Part shown: positions 9,101 through 18,100 of the stretch, piece after piece
How positions within the stretch are numbered: the stretch's first letter is position 1
How the letters are laid out: every line of letters starts with the position of its first letter
Assembly: GCA_018398765.1 (NCBI GenBank)
Contig: JAHBMJ010000410.1
Span: forward strand, 109,165-129,164
Direction: 5' to 3'
Source of the DNA: Chromera velia
Lineage: Eukaryota
DNA length: 20,000 nucleotides
Translations under genes and position numbers: made by a program
Notes under the pieces: model-generated
What the model saw: the letters and a program-made list of their open reading frames with translations, nothing else
The model's database searches: none
What the model was told of the DNA's origin: nothing

Positions 9101-12100
9101 ATTTTCGCGATTGAGTGGTCTCTGTGCGAGCTGTGGAGGTCATATGGGGTGAAGCCAGACGCGGTTTTTGGTCATGGTGTGGGCGAAGTGGTTGCTGCGG
9201 TTGTTGCCGGAGTGATCTCATTCGAGGAAGGGTTGCAGCTCGTTGCCCAACGTGCTTCGATGCTCTCTGAAATGGACTGCAGTGACCACGCGATGTGTGC
9301 TACTCGCGCCTCCCTTGAAGACGTCGAGATGGCCATGGCAGAGGTGGGGCCTGAGAACTCTTCCTCTGTGGGTGTGGCAATCATCAATGGTCCCCGTTCT
9401 GTGGTGTTGTCGGGGTTGAGGGAGGAGGTCGAGATGGTGTTGCGGGCACTGGACTCCCAGGATCTCTGCAAGTACATCAACTCAGATATCGCCTGCCACT
9501 CTCCTCTGTTGAAGGATACGAGAGGCCCTCTCGGTCAACTGATTTCGGGATTTGACCTTTCAGAACCCTCTGGTCCCGTCAGACTGGTCGCCTCTCGGAC
9601 AGGAGAGTGGGCAACTCGCGAGATTGCACATCCGAAGTACTGGGCCGATCAGCTGATTGCCACAGTCCGGTTCAGCCAGTGTGTCGACACAGTGGTCGGG
9701 GCGGGGTGTCGTGTGTTGATTGAGATCTCCCCCTCCTCTGAGGCAGTTCTCATCAGCATGGCAAAACAGTCCAATGCGGCTGCAGGGGATTCTCAGTTGA
9801 AGTGGATTCCGTCTGTGCCCTCCGGGGCCGAGGCCGAATTCCGTCAGTTGGTCGATCAGTGCAAGACGGTGCAGGCATCCGTCGCGACTTCCAGAAGAGT
9901 CCGTAAAGAGCGTGCGAGCACTGAGGGCCAACAGGCAATGATGTCCGCTGCCGGTTCCGGTGCGCCCATTGCCGAACTGACCCGCTGCCTGGCATCGATT
10001 CTGTACCAACCCCAGCCGTTCCCGTGGGTCGACATTCCTCATCCTCTGATCGGAAGGAAGCAGAAAAAACCCGATGGATCCATTTTCTTTGAGATGCCCT
10101 TCCCTCGTCGGGCAGTGCCGCTCTTTGGTGACCATGTCGTCAACGGAACTGCCATCATGCCGGGAACAGGTTTCCTCGAAATGATTGCAGCGGCTGGAGG
10201 AGCGCTCGAAATGCGCAGCGCACTGAACAACATCGTGTGTGTTGACAACGTGACATTCGAGCGCCCCATGATGGTGGGCTCTCAGTCCCTTGCGTTCGAG
10301 TTTGAAACCGCCGGACGGAGTCCTCGAGGGTCCCTTCTTCATGCTGAGGGTTCAGCCTCCGTCAGCGCGCGTACCGCCACACGCGTGGGTCCGATGAGCA
10401 CCCCCCGACGCAGTGGGTATGGAGTCCCTGGGGGGGGGAGACGGTCGAGTAATCCGACTCCCAGGATGGGCAAGGGAACACCGCGGCTCCACCCCGGCCA
10501 TTCTCCCATGGCGGCTGGGGGCGGCCAGCTGTCGGGACGTCACGCCTCAACAGAGCTCCATGCGTCAGGCACTGGAGGTGCAGAGGAAGGGAATCGGACT
10601 CCCAGAGTGGCCAGCGATCCCGGCATCACCGTTTGCTGCCGTGTCGGCGCGTTGCCGAACACGCAGATTTCCATCAGTTCCAAGCCTACAAGCGGCAGGG
10701 ACGAGGAGGAGGTCCCCCATGTGTCGGGTAAACTGACCACAGAAACCCACGAAGCTGCCGACTCGTTCTGCAAACAGGTTCTTGACGAACGCTGGTTGGA
10801 GACGGCAAGGCAAAGGTGCTGCGTGCCTCATGATGTCCCGCAACTGTACCTGTCTCTGAGAGACCACGGCCTTCAGTATGGAGCCCGTTTCCGCACCATT
10901 CAGCAACTGTGGCGCCAGAAGCAGCCCACAGGCGGTGCTGGAGATGAGGTCTTGGCCCTCCTCGCACCGTCGAGTCGCATCGATTCTTTCGAAAACGGCT
11001 TTGCTCTCCACCCAGCTGTCCTTGACGGCGCTCTTCAGTCTGCGTCAGTGATGATTGCACAGGCAGAAGAGAAGAAAGAGGCCTCAAAGAAAAGAGCCCT
11101 TGTCCCTTTCTTTGTTGGTCGAGCCTTTTTGGGCAAGCAACAGTCGGGCAGTGAGAGCTTTGCACTGATCCAGTTGGTCAAAAGAGAGGCGCGGTCTGCG
11201 ACGATCAACGTGACCCTGATGGACACGAGGGGGCAGTTCCTGGCCAGACTCGAGAACTTGTCCCTCAGACAGGTTGGTCACATGCAGCCAGACAAACAAA
11301 TATGCAGAATCTGTTCTTTGAAAGCCAGTCAAAAGGAGCAGCAATCGTAGACATGATTTCACCAACCGCAGAGTTGCCCACAAAACGGATTACAACTCAT
11401 CCCTTGGTTTTGTGATTTCCTTTTTGCCCTCCGTTTTCTTCTCTGCCCTCTTCCGGCTGATCTTCGTATTTGTTCGCGTCTCCTTTTTGTGATGGACCGC
11501 CGTCTGAGCGGGCAGCAATTCCAGATGCCTTCTGAATTAATCGATTGCGTCTGTCTCGCTCTCTGTCTGTGTCCTTACATTCCTCCATGCAGGTCGACCT
11601 GACCCCTGCTGCCGAGATCCCCAGAGATCTGATCTGGGAGGTCTCGTGGAAGCAGATCCCTGCTGCTGCAGCGCCTCCCTCGGCCATTGGGACGGCTGGA
11701 GGAGTCTTGCTGGTGGGAGTGGATGAGCAACTGGGGGGGAGCCTCTCGAAGCAGCTCGGGGTCCTCGGTGTGCCCTGCACCACGTACGACTTTGCAAAGC
11801 GCACCACGACGATGCAACACGACATCGTCGCTCTTCTGCAGAAGGAGGGAGGGGGACCCACAGCGATCATTTACGTGGCTGCCCTAATGAAGAACGTTGA
11901 CGCAGTGGATGTTGCTGACGGGGCCCTCCAACTCTGTCTTGCACTCTCTACTGCGGCGTCGAAGAAGCGGGGTTCCTCTCAGCCAGGAAAGTCCCCTTTC
12001 CCTCCCGTGCTGCTCGTCACTGCCGGGTGTCAGTTCACGAACGTGACTGATCTGAAGAGTGAATCGAGGAGCCAGATGCCTGTACACGCAGGTCTCTGGG

Positions 12101-15100
12101 GCTTTGCTCGAACAGCAAGACTCGAGCTCGAGGCAACTTCTGGTGCGACGATCCGTTTGGGTTGTGTTGATCTTGAGGAAGATTTGAGTAATGCGGGGGC
12201 ACAGTTGGCAGCAACTGTCTCTGCTCATCTTGAATCTGCAGAGCGTCCTCCAAGCGGAGATGTCGACACGTTCGAATCCGAAGTTGTCTGTAGAGGTCAG
12301 ACGCTCCTGGGATCCAGGGTCGGACGGTCGGACCTGGCAGTGACAGGGCCGATGGAACTGTACATGCCTGAGAGAGGGGCGATTTCGAACTTGGTCCTTC
12401 GGCCTCAGGCTTGGGCTGCTCGTGCTCCCCCCGCTCCTGGGCAGGTTGAGATTCGAGTCCGCTCTGTCGGTCTCAATTTCCGTGATGTCTTGAACGTGAT
12501 GGGCCTCTATCCGGGCGATCCTGGACCTCCCGGAGGGGACTGTGCGGGAACGGTGGTGGCAGTCGGACAGGACGTTCAGCATCTGGCAGTGGGTGATGAC
12601 GTGTATGGGGTGGCACCGGGGTGCTTGAAGTCCTACGCCACCACAGATGCGCACCTGATGAGCCAGAAACCTAACTCGATGACTTTCGAGGAAGCAGCTT
12701 CTCTCCCGGTCGTTTTTGTGACTGTGGAGCTGGCTCTTCGAGACCTTGCGAAGGTGAAGAAGGGGGACAACGTGTTGATTCATGCTGCAACGGGCGGTGT
12801 GGGACTGGCAGCGATTCAGTTCTGCAAAAACGCAGGGGCAACGGTGTTTGCAACTGTGGGGTCGGACGCGAAAGCGGATCACTTGAAGTCCCTGGGAGTG
12901 ACGAACATTGCCTCCTCCCGAAACGCTGAGCAGTTCAAGAGTCAGATGGAGACCCTTTTGAAGGGGCAGAAAATTGACGTCGTGCTCAACTCTCTGATCG
13001 AGGAGTTCATTCCCTTCTCCGTCGATTTGATGGGCCCGAACGCCCGTTTCATGGAGTTGGGAAAGAGAGGAACCTGGACTCGAGAAGAGATGAAGGCGAA
13101 GAGATCGGATATCCAGTACGAGATCATCGCTGTTGATCACATGATGGAGGAGAACCCTGTCTGGTTCGGGGAGATGCTCACACGGGTGCGCTCCCTTGTC
13201 GACAAAGGACAGATCGGGGCCATTCCCCTCGCCTTGTTCGACTTGAATGACAAGGAGAAGGGCGGAGTGGCGGCTATGCGCTTCATGCAGAGAGCCGGAC
13301 ACATCGGGAAGGTGATCATCACGAACCCCTCTTCCCTCTGCCCCCCCAGCCCCGATGGCCACAAGCCTGCAGACCCTGGCACGATTGTCATCACAGGAGG
13401 TCTGGGTGCGCTTGGGTTGGTCATTGCCGGTTGGTTGGTCGAGGAGGGTGCGAAGACGATTGTGTTGTTGAGCAGAAGACAGATAGGCGAGAAGGACCTG
13501 AAAGAGAATCCACAGCTGCAGTGGCTCTTCCAGCTGTCCCGGGTTTCCGTGCGTGCGGTCCAGTGTGACGTCTCCAACTTTGCAGACGTCAAGCGCTGCC
13601 TCTCAGAACTGCAGACCCAAGCGAAGGCCGGACAGTGTGCACCTGTGACAGGTATAATGCATGCTGCGGGTGTTTTGGATGACGGTCTGTTGACGAAGAT
13701 GGACAGGGAGAAGATCCAGAAGACGTACGTCGGGAAGGTGTCGGGAGCCTTCAACCTCCACGAGGCCACGGAGGCCCTCGGGTTGAAGCTCCACTTTTTC
13801 CTCAACTTCTCCTCTGTTGCCTCGCTCTTCGGCAACTTCGGGCAAGCCAACTATTCCGCTGCGAACGCTGTGCTGGATGCGCTGACTCTCTACAGACGAT
13901 CGAAAGGTCTGGCCGCTCAGTCGATCCAGTGGGGTCCTTGGACAGAGCAGGGGATGGCGTACGAATTGCGAAAGCAGCTTGATAAGGTCGGCATGAAGGG
14001 CATTTCGAACGAGCTTGGTCTCCGTGTCCTTGCCTCTTCCCTCAAGGGCACAGAGAAGTTCCCCATGCTCGGCTGTCAGGGTCTGAAGTGGAAGACCTAC
14101 CTGCAGAGGCACAACCTTGTGCCCGCCTTTTTCGAGAAGATCATGGCCACCCTCAAGGAGGAGACCTCAGAGGCCGACTCGACGATCAGAAACATGACTG
14201 CAGAGGAGAGGAAAGCGCACATCAAGTCCACCGTCGCCGGCACTGCCCGTCAGGTGCTTGGCAGTGCGACTGCTCCCCCTCTGGACGCCCCTCTTCAAGA
14301 GCTCGGCATCGACTCTCTGGGTGCAGTGGAGTTCCGCAACGCGCTCTCGAAGAAGCTGGACGTCAAACTTGCCGCCACTGCGTTGTTCGATTACCCGACG
14401 TTGAATGCGATGATTGATTACATCGACGAGCAGGTCGTTCTGCAACACGGCGCCCCTGCCACTGGGGCAGGTGCCAAGGCAGGAGGGCCGGCCGCCACAG
14501 CAGTTGTGGCTGGACAGGAACCCCTTGCGGTGGTTGGGATGTCCTGCAAGCTTCCTGGACGTTCAGACTGTCCGAAGGCGTTCTGGCAGATGCTCCTGAA
14601 CAAGACCGACTGCATTGTTGAAGTCCCACTCTCTCGGTGGAGTGCGGATGAGTACTACGACCCTGACCCGGATGCGAAGGGGAAGTGCTACATCCGTGCA
14701 GGAGGATTCATCGAGGATGCAGAGTTGTTTGACAACACCTTCTTCGGCATCTCTCCCGTTGAGGTGAATGTGATGGACCCGCAGCAACGTGTTCTTCTGG
14801 AGACTGCGTATGACTCGTTCCAGTCTGCAGGGATGGACAGGTCCCGTCTGAACGGAGAAGACATGGGAGTCTTCGTTGGCTGCTGCAACAACGATTGGAC
14901 ATATCTGAACACGTCCGACCGGATTGTTGCCTTCACAGGCACCGGTTCTGCTTCTTCGATTGTCTCCAACCGAATTTCGTACATCTTCGGTCTCAAGGGA
15001 CCGTCTCTGACTGTCGACACTGCCTGTTCCTCCTCTCTGGTGGCCATGGACGCTGCAGTCCGACAGATCGATTCGGGAATGTGCTCCTCCGCACTCGTTG

Positions 15101-18100
15101 CAGGAGTCAACCTTATGCTCACACCGCATCTGTTCATCGCTTTCTGCAAAGCGCGCATGCTCTCAACTGACCACAAGTGCAAGACCTTCGACGCCCGTGC
15201 AAACGGGTATGTTCGTGGAGAGGGAGCAGGCGCCATCGTTGTGAAACGGTTGTCGGCTGTCCGTGCAAGTGGCGAGAAGGCCTGGGCTCTGGTGAAGGGC
15301 TCTGCGGTCAACCACGTGGGGCGGTCGGCAAGCTTGACTGCTCCAGCAGGCCCCGCACAGCAGCAGTGCATCAGATCGTCAGTCGCTCCCTCACTCTCTC
15401 TTTTCCCTTCGGAATCCTTTTCATCTGGTTTTTGACCTGACGGCCCCACCCTTTCTTTTTCTTGTAAGATCTATGTTCTCTACTTGAAGCTTCCCGTGTT
15501 TTTGCGTCCGACTTTTTGAGGAAATTCTGAGTTCCATCAGTTGACGTCGTCTTATTTATTGTGTTCAGTCATGCCTCGTGTTCTCTCTCTGTGTTGTGAC
15601 TGCACTGCAGCGCTCTGGCAAAGGCGGGCATCTCCCCTGTGGACGTCTCCTACGTGGAGACGCACGGGACGGGAACGTCCCTGGGAGACCCGATCGAGTT
15701 TGGCGCTCTGAAGGCCGTGCTGGCTCCTGGCCGGTCCCCCTCTCATCCTGTTGTTCTCGGTGCTTTGAAGACGAACATCGGGCATCTGGAGGGGTCGGCA
15801 GGGATCTCAGGGCTGATCAAGTTGATCTTGGTGCTCCACCAGAAACAGGCCCCTGCGAATTTGCACTTCGAGAAACTGAACCCCTTGATGGATTCGGAGG
15901 ATTTCCCGTTCTCCATTCCCACAGAGACCATTCCGGTCAAGGCACCTGCAGGAAAGCCGTTGATTGGAGGTGTCTCCTCTTTCGGCTTCGGAGGTGCAAA
16001 CGGCCACGTGGTTGTCGAGGAGGCGCCTTCGGACATCGTCATTGCCGGATTCGCGACCCAAACCGAACAGACGCAGGCCTCCTCGGGATCTGCTCCCCAG
16101 ACTGTCCCTGCAGCTCCGAAGAAGCAGAAGCCCAAGGTGGCCTTCCTGTTCACTGGACAGGGGTCTCAGTACGTGAACATGGGGAAGGAACTGTACGCGA
16201 AGGAGAAGGTGTTCAAGATGACCCTGGACAGGTGTGCAGAGATTCTCGACAAGTGCATCGATGTTCCTCTGATGGACCTCCTCTTCCCTGCAGAGACCAA
16301 ACCTGCAGGACAGAATTCGTTGGACGAGACCCGCTACTCCCAGCCGTGCATCTTCTCCATCGAGTACGCACTCAGCGAGCTGTGGCAGTCTCAGGGGATC
16401 CAGCCAGATGTCCTCATTGGTCACTCGTTGGGTGAATACGTGGCCGCTGTGCTGTCAGGGGTGATGACTTTGGAAGACGCCCTGCCTCTGGTTGCCACCC
16501 GTGCCCGTCTGATGGCAGATGCCCCGAAGAACAACGGCATCATGGCTGCGTGCCGAGCTACAGAGGCCGACTTCGAAAAGGGCTTCCAGCAGGTGAAGGA
16601 AGAGGACCCGACAGTTGTTGACAGGGTCTCGATTGCAGCTGTGAATGGACCGAAGAGCATTGTCGTTGCGGGGAGCGAGCCGGATGTTCAGAGAGTGATT
16701 GCTGCAATGGGTCTTCGCAGTTCGAAGAATCTGGTCGTCTCACACGCTTTCCACTCTCCCCTGATGGGGTGCACATTTGAGCCTTTCCAGAAAGTTGCCT
16801 CGACTGTCAGCTTCAAGAAAGGGCAGATTCCGATTATCTCCCTCGTCTCGGGTCAGATTGCTGGAGATGAGATGCTCTCCGGTACCTTCTGGGCTGAACA
16901 CATCGTGAAGCCTGTGAAGTTCTACCACGGCGTTCAGGCTCTGAAGGCCTCTGGATGCTCTGTGTTGATCGAAATTGGACCACGCCCCACTTTGGTGAAT
17001 ATGGGAAAGCAGTGCATGATCATGGGACAGGGCACCACGTGGGCCCACTCGATGGAGCCCGACTCTGATGATCATCGGTGCTTCACTCTGTCCCTTGATC
17101 GGGCCCGAAAGGCACTTTCCCTCGCTCCCGGTGGATCTGCAGAGACGGGTGGGGCTGCAGGAGCTACCGCCGCTGGGACGGAGAAGAGTGGGGAGGCGAC
17201 CGAGGGAAGGCACGTGTGGAATCGCAAGGCCTTCCCGTGGGTGGAGCTTGTGCACCCATTCCTCGGCAGCAAGACCCCCAGACCCCCTGCAGTTGCTGCC
17301 TTCTCTGGAAGTCTGCGCGTGGATGTGCACGCTCTGCTTTGTGATCACGTGGTGATAGAGAAGGTCCTCTTTCCGGGGGCAGGCTTTGTCGAATTGGTCG
17401 CAGCTGCTGCTGCAGATGTGCGAGGGGCAGGGAGCAAGTCTCCTGTGTCGCTTGACAACGTCGCGTTTGAGCGCCCCCTCGTTCTCCCGCCCCTTACAGG
17501 AGAGCCCCCGAGTGTGCAGCTTTTGACGACGCTGTCTGCATCTGAGGAGCTTTCAGTCGCCACCGTTGTGGAAGGGGAGGATTCGGAGTCTGTGCACGCG
17601 ACTGCACGCTTGGGTGTTGTCTTGCCTGAGGAGGAGGATGCGGTGCGCCGTGCAGGTGCAGCCGGCCTGGAAGAGCTTCGCCGCAAAGTGCGGGAGGCTG
17701 GTGGTTCAGAGGACGTTTCAAAGATTTACGCAGAGCTAAGGAAGATCGGGCTTTCGTATGGGCCGAGATTCCAGACCCTGAAAGAGGCGTATAAAACGGG
17801 TCCGGAGAGCATTGTTGGGCTCATCTCGGCAGAAGGCGCTGCACTGCAGAGCTTTGAGAGAGGATTCCGCGTTCACCCCGCTGTGTTGGATGGAGCATTC
17901 CATCTGGCAGCTGTGCTGGTGTCCTCGGGTGGGTCTGGAAAGGCGATGGTCCCTTTTGCGATTGAACGGGCAGTCATCGGGAAGCAGACGACTCCCGGTG
18001 CGCCTGTGTGGGCAGAGATGAAGCTCGTGGAACGAGAAGCACAGGCAGCAACTGTCAATCTGCAACTCTTCGAGACCTCTACAGGCACCACCGTGGCGTC

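Noticed and set aside
9176..9178. RNA editing restoring AT1 Ser (GGT to AGT)
   Set aside because: Would need nuclear G-to-A editing, and other AT1 motifs are also degenerate; no support from the sequence
11884..13362. 492-aa antisense ORF, and other long minus-strand ORFs over the PKS exons
   Set aside because: Shadow ORFs produced by codon bias of the sense gene; no recognisable motifs
3187..15610. PKS apparently broken into several ORFs (frameshifted pseudogene or bacterial multi-gene cluster)
   Set aside because: Every break is bounded by GT..GCAG with pyrimidine tracts, and splicing restores frame and conserved motifs, so it is one intron-containing gene
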